NCBI GenBank assembly: GCA_964016885.1 | Contig: OZ024740.1 | Span: forward strand, 60,636,001-60,700,000 | DNA length: 64,000 nucleotides | Origin: Eledone cirrhosa | Taxonomy: Eukaryota | Direction: 5' to 3' | In this document: positions 1 through 13,895 of the stretch, piece by piece | Position numbering within the stretch: the stretch's first letter is position 1 | How the letters are laid out: each line of letters opens with the position of its first letter | Made by a program: the position numbers and the translations under genes | The notes under the pieces: generated by a model | Database searches by the model: none | The model's input: only the letters and a program-made list of their open reading frames with translations | What the model was told of the DNA's origin: nothing

Positions 1-172
1 AAAGTCTGTTTAGAATATATGCAGGCAAAAAAATAGGACAAAGACAATAAACGGAAACACGAGAAAAATAAGCACGTCGACAGAGAAACGGAGACAGGGA
101 AACCAGGATAACTGCAGAGAGACAGTAGAAACATGGACAATAAGACAAGGAACTTCCCATCATTAATTACCT

Positions 173-362
173 CGGTGGATTGGCTATATAGGTAGAGAGT
201 GGGACACTATGCTTTGACGCATAGAGTTATGGCCCTTTACCGTCTGAGTTCAAATTCCGCCGAGGTTATCTTTGCCTTTCATCCTTACGGGGTCGATAAA
301 ATATAGTACCAGTAATACACTGGGATAATTGTGGCCTTGTGCCAAAAGTAGAAACAATTAAT
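173..362 (+). mobile_element. tRNA-derived SINE, family 1 (Meta-domain-like body)
   Basis: A-box-like GGTGGATTGGC, B-box GAGTTCAAATTCC, body GCCTTTCATCCTTACGGGGTCGATAAAA, (ATT)n end; at least 8 copies in the window. Confidence 0.85.
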
Positions 363-419
363 TACCCATCATGGTTGGTGGATTGGCAGTATAGGTAGAA
401 ATAGCCAAAAATCTGCCGC

Positions 420-1090
420 CGTTGTGCAGTGATGGTAACCCATAAAATTATTCAACCACGCCTTTTCCATGGCCTCCTCATCACGCAGAACATTCTCATT
501 ATTGTCCTAAGGCAACGTCAGTAGATTCTAAAGGTCTTTTTCCATGTCTCGCAGGTGAAGCTTTATGTCTTTGCTGATGGAGTAGTTGGACCATTCAGGC
601 TTCAGAAACTGACAGACAGCTGCAGCTTTGTTAGCAGAGTCTCTTTTCCGCATGAGTTCTTGAGTTGCCATCTTTAACGAAAACACTGATCAGGTATGCG
701 AATATATCAACGGAATCTAGAGTCTAGCTCTCCATCTGGATGGTTGCTGCTGTGCTTCTCCAATGAGCATCAACTGGTCTTTTCAATGTTGGTATGAAGA
801 CCAACCTTTGAGCTGCTGTTGCTCACACTGGTGGTCATGTCTTGTATTATAGTAGGTATAGTATTAAGGGGTCCCAGACTGTCAGCGAAATCAAGTTCTG
901 TGAGTCTTCCCTGTTTCCATTTGAGGTCGTATATTGGATGCCCAGTGGACTTCCACATGATAAAATTCAACATCAACAGGAGCAAAAAGGGGGAACAGTA
1001 CACATCCTTGACACCTCTCTGATGACATCGAAACTCGGCATTTCCATCTGTTGTTCTGACACGGCAACGCATCCTTCAGGTGGGCGCTCC
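420..1090 (-). pseudogene. Decayed RTE-type reverse transcriptase fragment
   Basis: Frameshifted pieces QGCVL-SPFLLLL, KQGRLTELDFAD, SSKVGLHTNIEKT and NKAAAVCQFLKPEWSN resemble RT domains 4-7. Confidence 0.75.
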
Positions 1091-2639
1091 ATACAGCGCG
1101 ACGATCTTCCATAAGGATTCTCTGATTAAGGAGTTTGCTTTGCAACCACGCGTCCGTATTTGTGTTTACGTTTATACAGTTTAACAAACCGATTCGATAA
1201 ATAAAGATCGATAAAAAGAATAGCAAACTGAGAAAATTAAGTGCTGAAGTCGTCTAAATCCTAAACCAGTAAAAGCATATAAGAATATGAGTCGTTTTTT
1301 TTAACAAAGTTGAGAGAGTGGGTGCCATGAAACATAAAAATTGTTGTTCTGCCTAACTTTCTTCACTTTTTATTCTTCTTAATGTTGTCTTTCTCCTAAT
1401 TCTCTTGCCTTCACTGAGGTTGTACCTTTTTATAAGGAGGATTTTTTTTCTTTCATAGTTTCTTTCCTCGAACATCTGTTTTGTGAAACTCTCATCTTGT
1501 TTTCTCGGTGGATATCATCTTAATTCGTTAAAATCTTCTGCTGGTCGTTATCTGATTTCAAGGTATGCAACGATGATTTTAGATGATTTTTATTTTATTT
1601 CCATTTCTTTTATAGCTTCTAACATTAAATTGTTGCTTGGGTCATACTGTATTTATGGTTACTTTTACTGTCGATTTGAGATTTTTGTCCGTAGACGAGA
1701 ATCGAAATTTCGAGCTTCATTTTTGTTCTTCATAAAATTATTCCAAAAATGGAAAATAAATTATTTTCAAAACATTGTGCAGAATGTGCACTACATTCTT
1801 CTTTGCTCATGTTGCCATTATCAACTGAATTTTCCTCATCACGCTCCCATCCCTTCAGTTCGACATTGCATTTGCTATACAAATTTATTTATTTTACTGA
1901 AGTAATTCTAACTCACTTCAAATCAGCTATTCAACAGTTGTTAATCAGAAAACTACAAATATTGTCATGAACAGCACCTTTCTTTAATCTATTCAACAAC
2001 CTTACAAGAAAGTAAGCCTTAAAATTGTGTTCAGAACAATTTGTTATTAATAGTTCTGACATCGCCTTGCTAAAAGTGACTTCCAATAACATTTTTAAAA
2101 TACAACCTGCATTAGGCAAAAGAGAAACAAATTTCACTTTTTAATATATTGCCTGTTTACAGTATTGCAATTAAAATATATACAGTAAATATGAACTCAA
2201 GACCCATAACATACTTTGCTGTTTTGCTCTGATACCCTTAAATTGAATCTGTGATGTTTGTTTTAAGATCACAAACATTTCAGGAATTTTCATGAGTGAA
2301 AATGACAATAATCGGCTATAATCGTAAATAAAATGAAAAGTGAAGAAAAGAACGTGGACGTTGCCTAAGTCATCCGTATAATGATAAAGTTCGAACGATT
2401 TATTATGAAAAAATTATAAAAGAAAATGAAATATGAAATAAAAATTATTAAAATAAAGTGGTTAAATTTCACTGAAAATTGCTAAATATTACATTAAAGC
2501 ATATATAAAAATGTATTCAAAAGCAAAAAAAGAAACCTTATTTAGTAAGAAAAAAGAAAAAAGGGAAAACAAAAGGAAAGAAAGAAAAGGGAAATATATC
2601 AACAAAAAAACAAGAGAGAAAGAAAGAAGAAAAAGAACG

Positions 2640-3135
2640 GGAAAGGGAGGGGATGGTGTCGCGGAAGAGAAAGGGCGAAGGTGATTGAGCAAGGGGGAAG
2701 GAGTGCTGCGCCCGCGGACAAGACGGCAAAATCATTCCCACGGACAATGGCCAGTGACACGCTGCAATAGCCTCCTCAGACGGGCCGCCGACGTCCGATC
2801 TTGCGGAGGAGTTCGGCAGTACGAGGTCCAAGTACGCCTGCGGTGCGAAGCGGGTTGCGATGCCGGGGTTTGTGACCGAAACGACTAAGTTGAAGGGGGG
2901 GACGTGTCGCAGCAGGTGGCGACCCAAATGAGGGATCTACCTCCTTCGAAGTTGACATGTTTAAGACATTGTATGAATGTACTGCGCCGCCTCATGCATC
3001 GCACGATATGTTTCTTTCAATCTGTTGTTCTACATAACTTCTACTGTGTTTGTGTAAGTTGATTCATCGTTTGGTTCAACAAAATGTTGGCTATGGCTAA
3101 CGGCGAAGAATTGCGAAGATGACCGGAAGTGTTAT
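2640..3135. promoter_or_regulatory. GC/CpG-rich island, possible promoter/first exon or structured ncRNA
   Basis: Only strongly CpG-rich non-repeat stretch in the window (about 2650-2950); ETS-type CCGGAAGT at 3123-3130. Confidence 0.35.
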
Positions 3136-3687
3136 TTTTACTGGCGAATATTTATAAACATAACACTAGCTAATGAGGGCGCCTCTATATGGTCGCTTGA
3201 CCTATTAAAAATAGCAGCCAAATAAATTTCCCTCAAAATTCATTCGACTAGCTTTTTAAAAAGCCCACATTGGATTATGTAGTAAGGGATAAAGAACATT
3301 TGAATAGGGGTGAGAAGGTCATAGCTGGGATGGGGATTTGATTGTAAGTCTGCTTGATCAGAACTGATCCGGTGCTAAACGACAACATCAAAATCAGTAC
3401 TGTTTAGCACTAATTTAATTATTTGTCACCTCATTTCATACCAACTTTATAAACCTTTTATTCCTTCTTCATTCTGTCATGAACCACAAATAGGATAATC
3501 TAGCAAAAGCACATTCTGTAAATGCATATAAACTCTGGAAAATATTAATTTATATTAACTCTCAATGTCCTGCATGAAGCCACGTTAGCAAGGTACTCTT
3601 TAAAGATACAAAACAGCACAGTAACTGCATCACACTGAATATTAAAGTCATTATATTAAAACTGCAAATGTTCACAATAGTCTGTCC

Positions 3688-3875
3688 CAGACTTGTCAAC
3701 TATCCCAGTCCGACGGGGAGATCTCCCATCTACTTTGGGATGGGTGAGAGATGTCTTCAAATGGGTATAGCTTTCATTACGTAAAATCTCCCCAATTTTG
3801 CCTCATTTCTCCCCGTTTGGGAGCACTTTTTTTCATGGTACTCCCCGTTTGGATTTTTAGAGGTTGGCAGGTTTG
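3688..3875. mobile_element. Non-autonomous DNA transposon (hAT-like MITE)
   Basis: Imperfect TIRs CAGACTTGTCAAC / GTTGGCAGGTTTG; flanks CTGTCC / CTGTCT; internal CTCCCCGTTTGG repeated. Confidence 0.5.
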
Positions 3876-3997
3876 CTGTCTATTTATAAAGATACAACAA
3901 ACGTTTGACTTGAACGTATTTCGTTTTAGATATGTTCTACTAAATCATTACACGATGTTAACTAATCAACGCTTCATATTCCATTATTTACTTGAAT

Positions 3998-4203
3998 CAG
4001 GGCGGTGGATTGACAGAATTGGTAGAGGGTCAGATGCCATGCTTTGCAGCTTAGAGTTACGGCCCTTTATGATCTGAGTTCAAATCCCGCTGAAGTTAAC
4101 TTTGCCTTTCATCCTTACAGGGTCGATAAAATAAAGTACCAGTCGGGGTCGATTTAATCCCCTCCACCCAAAATTTGCTGGCCTTGTGCCTATATAAGAA
4201 ACC
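3998..4203 (+). mobile_element. SINE family 1 with target-site duplication
   Basis: Full consensus; CATTATTT(T)ACTTGAAT on both flanks. Confidence 0.85.
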
Positions 4204-5210
4204 ATTATTTACTTGAATGACATCTTTCAATTTATTTAGATTCAATTCTTGTCAACTCACATGTATCGATTTGTTGAAATACATCCAAAAATTTCACCCA
4301 TCACTTCTAATCACTAACCATGGTTTATAAAAAAATATTTTTGTTTCTTCCTTTTTTTTTCATTAATCAAAATAACTCGAATCAAAAAACATATGACCCT
4401 TCAGTCACGACACGAAAATCTCTCTGTTGTTAGTGTCATGAAAAATACCCTCTGTAAAGGGATTGGTCAAAATATATGGTCGAGGGAACTTTTAAGCTGT
4501 GTCTGAGACATGATAATCTCCCTAATGCCAATATCACGATGAAATACACTGTAAACTGTGGAACGTATGTAAGCGATATGCGGTACTGAGCGTTTTTGAG
4601 AGGTCAACAGCTTTGATAAAGTACTGACCTGATCCATGACGACCCATCCAACTCTTGCTCGCAAAGAAAAAGGACCTTGAATGATAATGACCTACAAAAT
4701 TCTACAAATATTTGTTAGAGGATTCAGGATATTTTATTATTTGATAATTTGTGTCAAGTTATTTTTTAGATGAAATTTGAATGTCTTGCTTTTATTTTCA
4801 TTTTTTTAATTCAATTTTTTCTACCATTTACTTGTCTTTAATTCATCTTTCTAAAGTTTTGCACAAAAACTTCTTTTCCGATATTTTTTTTTATTACTAT
4901 TTAATGTAATTATATAAGACAAGAACTCTATTTTAAGCGTGATTGGTAATAAACATTTGTTATTTTCATGACATGCAGGATTTTTTCCTGTTGTGATAAA
5001 CTATAGCTGTAGGACAATCAAAAAGAAGCTGACAGAAAAAGATATTCTATAAAAATACACAGAGAGAACCATTAACAGATAACTCCATCAGCTGTATAGA
5101 CTCGGATATCTTAGGTAACCACCAAAAATATGTATATAAGTAAAGTATAAATTTATCTATTTCCTTCCCTCGCAGACATATTCTACTTCTTGTGGAATAA
5201 TACTTGTTTA

Positions 5211-5392
5211 TACTATTGGCACAAGGCCAGAAATTGCCCAGTACATTACTAGTACTTTATTTTATCGACCCCGTAAGGATGAAAGGCAAAGTTAACCTCG
5301 GCAGGATTTGAACTCAGAATGGCAAGGGCCGTAACTCTATGCGTCAAAGCATGGCGTCCGAACCTCTACCGATACTGCCAATCCACCGCCCA
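5211..5392 (-). mobile_element. SINE family 1
   Basis: Reverse complement of the consensus; TGTGGAATAATAC on both flanks. Confidence 0.85.
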
Positions 5393-5569
5393 TGTGGAAT
5401 AATACCATCTTGTGGAATAATACTGACAATGAAATAGTTATGTTCTCTCTCCAGAGTCTCACGATCAAGCTGCATTGCCATGCAGTAGAATCGAACCTAG
5501 AATCACGTGGCTGCTAAGCGAAATTTTTAACTACAGAACTCTTTCAATCACTCAAATAAAATAAAGTCT

Positions 5570-5830
5570 AGTCTGTCTCAAGCCCAGAAGCTCATCAGAC
5601 CAGTGCTTATCCTGGTTTTTGTGGCAAGAAGCAACTGCTTGTACATGACTTCCCCTGGACAGGGCACCAGTCCAACGCAACTACAGCTGCTGGTACTCAT
5701 TTTCAGCTGAGTATATTGGAGCAATGTGAAATGAAGCGTTTTGCTGAAAAACACAACACACAACCCAGCCCAGGAATCAAACCCACGACATTTTGATCAT
5801 AAGCCCAACACCCTTATCACTCAACCCTGT
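5570..5830 (-). mobile_element. Older CORE-like tRNA SINE
   Basis: CAGCTGAGTA..TGGAGCAATGTGAAAT..CACAACAC..GGAATCAAACC shared with SINE family 2. Confidence 0.6.
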
Positions 5831-6121
5831 AGAAAAAATGTCACTACATAACACGTTATTATAAAAAATAAATTTAACAAAAGTCTCAATTATTTTATAG
5901 TGGCAATATTCCAACATTATACCGCTCTTTCTCATTCAACCAATTTAATATGATAGTTTCTCAAAATCCTTAAAATAGTGACATTGTTTTGTCTTGAATT
6001 CTCACCAAACCTGAACTCCATTCAAATTGCTGCCATAGCATTATGTCAAAGTTAATTTCAAGAATATTATACACACACACACACACCGACACACAAACAC
6101 ACAAACACACACATAAACACA

Positions 6122-6746
6122 TACATGGAGACTCAAAAACCACTGGCTCCATTTTGTGTCACTGTACTGTATATTCATTTTCTAACCGATCAACTTTAAA
6201 TCTCAAGACATGGCAGCTAGAACGTCTGAAAAGACAAGACTCTAATGGGAATTCCAGCGCCAGATTTTTTTGTGTGAAACACTGCTATAAGTGTTGCTTG
6301 TACAAGAAGGTCCAGGTGCAACTTCATGCATTTTTTGGAACGGACAAACCTCCCTTCAAATCCAATATAAAAACTGGGTGAATACGTTTGGGACGTATGG
6401 GACAGTGAGGAATCTCAATACAATATCTGAGGACCACCCTACCAACTCTGGACGAACAAGGAAGCATATACAGACTGTTATTGACATAGTCCTAGAGTCT
6501 GTTGAATAAAGCCCATAACGATTACTGCTCAGAAGCCATTCCTTGGGTCTCTCCATAGAAACTTAGGAATCACTTGGAACATATGCTATAAATCAGGGCA
6601 GAAACATCAGAAGTTACTGAATGTTTGATATGTTTTTTTTTAATGGCTAGAACTAAATATATTTGGAGTTCCGTCAGTTATTGTGTAAAAATGAATTATG
6701 AAGACAAAAAAAATAGGTCAGTTTCTTTTTTAGTCACCCTGTGTAT
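6122..6746 (+). mobile_element. Internally deleted Tc1/mariner element with transposase N-terminal HTH remnant
   Basis: Frameshifted FCVKH..KKVQ..FFGTDKPPFKSNI / WVNTFGTYGTVRNL..SGRTRK..IDIVLESVE; right end GTCACCCTGT and degenerate left end TACATGGAGACTCAAAAA. Confidence 0.65.
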
Positions 6747-6794
6747 ACATATATATTTTTTCAAAATTTCAAAGTTCCAAACTTCTCTCTCGCT

Positions 6795-7035
6795 CTCTCC
6801 ATTTCAAAACAGAGGTCTAACAAAGCCTCTCGATTTGTATTTAGATCGAGATTGTTGTTCTTTCCAATCACTCCTTTCCATGTCAGGTGATCAATGCCAA
6901 CATGTACATTGGTGTCTCCCACTAGGATATATGACTCAGTCTTAACTACATCTAATGCTGCAATGACTTCACCAAGGAAGGATCTGTATTTGTTCCACCT
7001 ACCAATTGTCAATGTTTGCTCTCTTCCTGACCCTT
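6795..7035 (-). pseudogene. AP-endonuclease fragment of an RTE-like LINE
   Basis: YILVGDTNVHVGIDHLTWKGVIGK..NTNREALLDLC resembles the APE motif GDFNAHVG..W.GVIG..N.NG..LL..C. Confidence 0.7.
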
Positions 7036-10000
7036 AAACATATTGCCTATATTATTTTTTTTATATATTTATAAAATGAAATTGAAAACCATGAATAAAT
7101 AAACTTCAACACAATTAAACTATTTTTTTTTAAACAGTATTTTTAAGATATTCCAAACATTTTTAATGATATATGTATGTCTAAATATTTGTATATTGAT
7201 TCAAGTGAAATGTTATCAAGCTATTGTGCTAAATGACTTAAGGATTGCAAAATAAAAATAAATTCATAACTATAAATTTAAATTGACACATTATTTTCTT
7301 GAAATCAAACATATCTAATTAACTTCAGGAAATCAGTAGAAAATAATAGTAAATTAAAAGTAAAGAAAAATATGGAGCAACTTTAATCAATATTAAGTCA
7401 GATAATTTTAGTCCAATGAGGAAAGATACCACCCACATCTTTACATACCCCCCTCAGAATATAGTCTGATATAGTTGATGTTGACTTTAAACATCTGAAG
7501 GTTGATGTGTGTAGAGAAATGTCATCGGAGAGGGCGTTCCAGTAAATTTTAAGTTTTGGGGAGAAAGGAAAGGATTGAATGGAATGTCTGGTGAGGAATT
7601 TATGAAATTAAATAAGGAGCAGAAATGATGAAAGATGGAGAGATAAGTGCATTGTATGGGTTTAGATGGTGGTGGGTTTTACACTGCTTGTTAATTTGAA
7701 AGAACAGGAAGTGTCAACTTGACGGAGAAAGCGACAGGAACGGACAGAGGATATTGTGAGTACATTGTCTGTAATGCAGTCTGTGAATATCTGCAACATT
7801 GTCTCAATAAAAAGTGTGGATCAGACTTAAGATTTAAATAGTTAACATCTATTCAGGAACAAGGAATTTTGGTAACTGAAGAAGAGACATTTTTTTTTCT
7901 TTTTCACTATATAGTTTAGTTTGCCTATTATAGAAAGATTCCTTTCAAAGATGACGAAATATTTGAAACAATAGTAGTAACTTCAACTACCAAAATCCAG
8001 TAGCAAACTACATCTGATATGAAGTTTATTAAATAACATAGAAAATAGTTTGATCAATTCGAGCATAAAAAGCTCCCATAGAGAGTAAGTTGTTCATTTG
8101 AATGAGATATGTAAAAAAAAAAATGTTTTCTTATCTTTTCTTTTTTATCATGTTTTATTTTGTTTTACTGAAAACTAATAAGAAACTGGTTATAAAGAAA
8201 ACTATATGTAAAATAAGTATGGCGAAGATTGAAGTTGGTCTTGAATCTATGGAAAGAAAACTAAGCGATAATTCTAAAACAATGAAGATTTGAGTTAGGA
8301 TTTCTTTACTTCATGCTTATTTTACACAAAAGATAAGTAAACAAAAGCATAATTAGTTATAATCAAATTTAGTCCATGGTTTCTGAAAAATTGCAAATTT
8401 TTGCATACAATCAATATTACTTAATGTTCTACCAAAATACACCACTTATATACCTAATTCAGTAATTTCAAGTTACTAGTTTCTTTATTTGTGCAAAAGC
8501 CAGATATAGTCCATTGCGGGATTACTATAAATGAGAAAAATGTAAGTCGTTTCACCACTGGACTTTCAGACTAAATGCAAAAGGAACTTTATGATCAATA
8601 AATCTTTCCGTACACTTGCCACTAAATGACTGAGCAATGTCCTTTCAAGCGTTATTATCAATTCTGTCTCTAATTTCCAATTCTCTCTCTATTCATTTCC
8701 ATTACCGCTCTAAGCCAGTTTCCTAAACTCACTATGCTGTTATGCCGACAGCAGTCTAAGCTTCCTTGCTACATATACTACACAGTTAAAAAAGATAAAT
8801 TGAGAAACTTAATACTTTTTCATTAAAGCAAAAGAATACTCTAAACCCCTGCAGCTTTCATATAAGATTCGATTTTTCTCAGTCACATAAAACTTCTCTT
8901 GCAAATAGTGATGATGATGATGTCATCATCATCATCATCAGTTATAATATCATTCCTAAGATCCTTCACGATGCATGACACTACTGCTATTCTCTGATGA
9001 TGATGATGATGATGATGAAACTGAGGACTAAAAACATTAATGGATTTAGGAATGCTGCTGTTTGAAACTAAATATAAAGGACAAATAGGAAAAACTTTAA
9101 TAAAAGTGAATAAACTCAAACACAGTCGTATCTTTAATGCATGTCTGGAAAAAATGGTGTTCCCTATTTAGCTTGCCTTCCACATGCATACACATGCTCG
9201 CATGCACACACACACACACACATATACTTACAAGCATACACATATATATATATATGACATAATGGCTGCAACTCGATTTCGAGCATTGCTATCGCTTAAT
9301 ACTTAAGCATGAGCATCACAGATGTGGCTTTTTAATCCTACTAGGGACTTGCCTATGGCCAGCAATGACATGCATCACAAAAATTGTCATATATCAAGCT
9401 ATGTCTGTGCTTGAAGCTTTTTTAAGTGAGGAAAGGCTTTGCACAAGGCCAATCCCATTCTCTGAACATCGAATGCATTCACCGAAAAAGAAGAACTGGT
9501 CTAATCATTGGATGCAAATGATGTTGCAGGTTTTGTATCAGAGTGACTTTCTCCTAGAGAGATGTCTTAATAATGAAGAATAGAAGTCTCTCGCTCCACA
9601 AAAAAACAACACATACATACATACATGATGGCTGCAAACTCTGCAATCGCTTGTCAGATTACAGAAAATGGTGTACTTTTAGGCTACAGCCAGCCACATG
9701 AACCTGTAAAATATCATGAACAAGCAATACCTGTGCTTTGGAGGATTTTTAAGTGGGTAAAGACCTTGCACTCGACCAATCCTACTTTCTGCGCATCAAA
9801 AACACTACTCGAAAAGGAGAACTGAACATCATCGGATGCTTCTGAAGCCGCAGGTTTTTTTTTTTCAGAGTTTCTCTTTCTTAGAAAGGTTTTGTAACAA
9901 CAACTGGGGGCCTTTCACTCCCAGGTAAAAAAGAAAAGTACTATTTGGATGGCCGTTGACTCTGTTGAGTTCCTCCGCCCTTTGCCAGGTTTTGTATTTC

Positions 10001-10199
10001 ATCTTGCAGGGTGTCCAAATATCACTCTCTTCACCAAGTAAGCTTGTAATATTCATATATGTAGGCTCAGGCATGGATTAAGGAGTAGGGTGGTGCTGAA
10101 GCCCCACTTCCCCCTGAGGTTAAAAACTATTTCATTAAACTACTTTAAATTGAAATAAATTAATAATGAAATATCACTACAAATGTCATTGTCACCATC

Positions 10200-10540
10200 A
10201 TAATTATTACTGGTGCCACGACAAACAGCACTAGGTCCACAACATAAGGAGGTTGTACTGGTGCCACGACAAACAGTACCTAATCTACTCGGTAAGGTCA
10301 TCATGCTGGTGCCATAACAAAAGGTACCCAGTATAGTCTGTAAGGTGGTAATATTGGTACCATGACAAAAAGTACCCAGTCTAACCTGTAAAGTGGTTGG
10401 CATTAGGAAGGGCATCCAGCCATAGAAAAACAAGCCAATAAACAGAGCATATGAGCAAGACTTGATCACCTGACCTGTCTAGGTTCATAATGTGACAGAC
10501 TATCTAACCCATGCAAGCATTGAAAATGGACATTAAATGG
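10200..10540 (+). mobile_element. RTE-tailed SINE/LINE 3' end with four tandem ~50-bp subunits
   Basis: Repeated TGGTGCCAYRACAAA..GYACC, then GGTTGGCATTAGGAAGGGCATCC and AACCCATGCAAGCA..GGACATTAAA. Confidence 0.6.
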
Positions 10541-10544
10541 TAAT

Positions 10545-10856
10545 AATTGTTTCTACTTTAGGCACAAGGCCAGCAATTTGAAGGTGCTTTATTTATTGAC
10601 CCTGTAAGGATTAAAAGCAAAGCTAACCTCGGCGCGGGATTTGAAATCAGAACGTAAAGGGCCATAACTCTATGTCGCAAAGCATGGTGTCTGGCACTCT
10701 ACCAATACTGCCAATCCTCCACTCTAAGGGTAATAATAATTATTTCTACTTTTGGCACAAGGCCAGCAATTATCCCAGTGCATTACTGGTACTTTATTTT
10801 ATCGACCCCGTAAGGATGAAAGGTAAAGTTAACCTCGACGGGATTTGAACTCAGAA
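10545..10856 (-). mobile_element. Two tandem SINE family 1 copies (one full, one partial)
   Basis: Reverse-complement consensus at 10545-10722 and 10740-10856. Confidence 0.8.
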
Positions 10857-11696
10857 TAGCAATATATATATATACAGTCTAACCCATGCTAGCATGGAAG
10901 ATGGACGTTAAATGAAGATGATGATGATACAGAATTACGATTTAGCTTCATGCATAGCTGTTTACTGAAATTTCGTATTTCTAAAGAAATATGGTATGTT
11001 TATGGATAAACATTTAGAAAGTTGTAGCTATGCAAAACACCGGGGCTATGGCCCTCTAGTGGTGTCAAGGGGGGCAGCCGTCAATGCATTTCGAACTTAA
11101 CTAGTTCTCATCAGGACGATCCCTCCCACACTTGCAACTACTGGACTTATATATATATAATGCACCTGGTGCATTCTGTAGTGTGGGAACATATGTAAGT
11201 CAGTAGCTCCAATTAAGTGCAAACTTGGTCTGTGACAACCTGTCCAACCTGTGCTAGCAGGGAAACTCTCGTTGATGATGATGAATGATGATGAAAAGGA
11301 TGATACATATGTATACAATGAAAAACATCTTTTCCAGAAACTATTCTATTTCCAAGTTATTTGTTTCTGCTCACACAATGCCAAGGGTGGCAGCTTTACA
11401 GAATTTGTAGATCATTGAATAAAAAAACTTTGCAGTATTTAGTTATGTCCCTATTTATTCTGAGAACAAATCCAGCTCTGGTCAACTTTCATCTTTCCGG
11501 GGTTGATAAAGTCTTGAGCCCTTGTGATCAATAAAAGAAATAGTTATTATTTATTTTATTTTCATTGTATGCTGTAACTACCAAGCACAGGTCTGTGTGC
11601 CTTGCATATGTGCAGTGTTGTTTCTATTATATTGAAAGTACTCTTCATAATATGTATGCAAAACCTTGAAGTGTTATTTTTTGTTGTTGTTATTAA

Positions 11697-12020
11697 TCCC
11701 ACCAAGATTAACTTTGCCTTTCATCCTTACGGGGTCGATAAAATAAAGTACCAGTAATACACCGGGTAATTACTGGCCTTGTGCCAAAAGTAGAAACAAT
11801 TATTAGGGCAGTGGATTGGCAGTATTGGTAGAAGGTCAGACGCCATGCTTTGCAGCATAGAGTTACGGCCCTTTATGATCTGAGTTCAAATCCTGCCAAG
11901 GTTAACTTTGTCCTTACAGGGTCGATAAAATAAAGTACTAGTCATGCACTGGGGTCGATTTAATCGACTTTCCTCGCTCTCAAAATTGCTGGCCTTGTGC
12001 TTATATAAGAAACCATTATT
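11697..12020 (+). mobile_element. Two tandem SINE family 1 copies (one partial, one full)
   Basis: Consensus body at 11697-11803; full copy at 11806-12020. Confidence 0.8.
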
Positions 12021-12821
12021 ATTTCCAATCAGTTTGTTGAAAGATGGGTGAGAGTGGCGAACATGGTCCATGTGAATGGGCCTGCCTTGAGCATACACCA
12101 GTAGATTGGAGTAGAAAAACTGGGAGAGGGCACTTTGCCCTAGTGGACAGGGTGACTGTGGCTTTTGTGGGATTTCTACACAAGTCACCCTTAGAGTCTC
12201 CTCACCTTTAGGGAAGTTGTTATGTTTGTTTTAAATGTTTATTTTCTTATTCTCTTTTATACATTTTATTTTACACAAAGAAAACCCACACTGTACCGTC
12301 TTTAATGTTTCCTTAATGTGAGCCTTGTGTGGCTTATAAAGAAATTATTATCATTATTGTTATTATTTCATCTAAATAACAAAGGAACCTGGGATTGCTA
12401 TTTTCAAGACTAAAAAACAAATTTGAAAGATTAAGATAAGTTTTAACACAACTGGCAGAGAATTTCTGACAAAAGTCACAATGAAGGTGATTGTGTTGTG
12501 ACTTTCAATTCTGTTATGAGAACTCTAGAGTGAAATGCCACAGGAAATCCACTTTGGAAGAGAAACTTCAGTATTGTTATTGGTATTTTATTGATCTCAA
12601 CATGAGATTTTTTTTCCTTTACTGGATGGAGAATAGCTGCTGTCCAAATCATTTACAACTTCTGTTGTACTATTTATAGTTAAGTGCTTTTGTTATGGAT
12701 TCAACAGACTGCTGATAATTCAAACAGCAGATCAACACGTTTGTGCTTTCTCTATTTTAAGCATGCGTCATATTGCTGTGACACCAAGCAAGTTGCAGTG
12801 ACAAGCAAGCTACAAAGACTT

Positions 12822-13895
12822 ACCGTATACACTGAATATAAACTGATTCAAATAAAAGCTGAGCCCTCTATTTTATATCAGAGAAGCAGGCAAAAATCAA
12901 AACTCTGTTTATCATCATCATCATCATAACCACATGCTTAACTTCTGTAGTCCTTGCGGGGATCATCATCATCAAGAACTAATATATATATATATATATC
13001 ATCATCATCATCATCCTCATCATCAGTCCCTTGACTTCTGTAGTCATTGGGGGAGATCCTACTACAGAAGTATCACACACTCAAAATAGTCTATCAACAG
13101 GGGCCATCAACAAATCTAATCATTTGTGTCCATTCTTTGACATTGTCCAACCTGTTTATATGCTGAGGCAGCTAATCAACACATTATGTATAAATTCTCA
13201 TGTAAAATATATTTATGAAGTTTTAATATTTTGATGTTTAAAATGTTTTAAGTATCATTTAGAGAATAGTTTTTGTTTCATAACTTCATTATATAATGCT
13301 ATTTTACTATTTCATCTGTTTTATAAAGTTTCAACAAGTTTCTTGAATTTTTGTTTATTTTTGGCTACATTGTAAAGGAAGAGAGAGACAGCAAGCTAGA
13401 GAAAGTAGAGGAAGAGCAAAAAAAGTGAGAGTGAGAGCAAGAAGGAGAGTGAGTGAGAGCAATAAAATACAAGTCAAAAGTAAGATTTCAATCTTACGTA
13501 AGATTGAAAGAAAAGGTATTAAGTCAGAGAAAAACAGTTGGCACATGTGTGCATGTATGTATATGTGTACACACGTATGTGTGCAGGCAAGTGTGTGCAC
13601 ATATACATGCATGTATGTGTATGGGATATTTATGAATTAAAAAGTTCAAATTAAAAAGGTTTGTTAGAAATATTTTCAAGGGAATGCATAAATATCATTC
13701 ATAATAATGTAGTAAATGTAGAAAAACAGTGTTTCGTTGTAAAATAATCACTCCAGATATTTTAGCACCTTATTTATGTAGAATTGAAAGTTGGTGAAAT
13801 TGGCAAAATATTGATCTCGAATATAAGTCGACTACATTTTACCATCGATTTGTTTTGTCACATATCTCTCAACTTATAAATGAGTAAATACGGTA
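12822..13895. mobile_element. Possible old pogo/Tigger-like non-autonomous element with nested insertions
   Basis: Left TACCGTATACACTGAATATAA and right TTATAAATGAGTAAATACGGTA form imperfect inverted repeats. Confidence 0.35.

Noticed and set aside
1013-1045. CTGATGA-catc-GAAA hammerhead-like core
   Set aside because: Only 4 nt between the core boxes, no stems, and it is the antisense of an RT remnant
2890-2935. PPT-like AAGGGGGGG followed by tRNA-Arg PBS-like TGGCGACCC
   Set aside because: No LTR pair and no gag/pol sequence nearby
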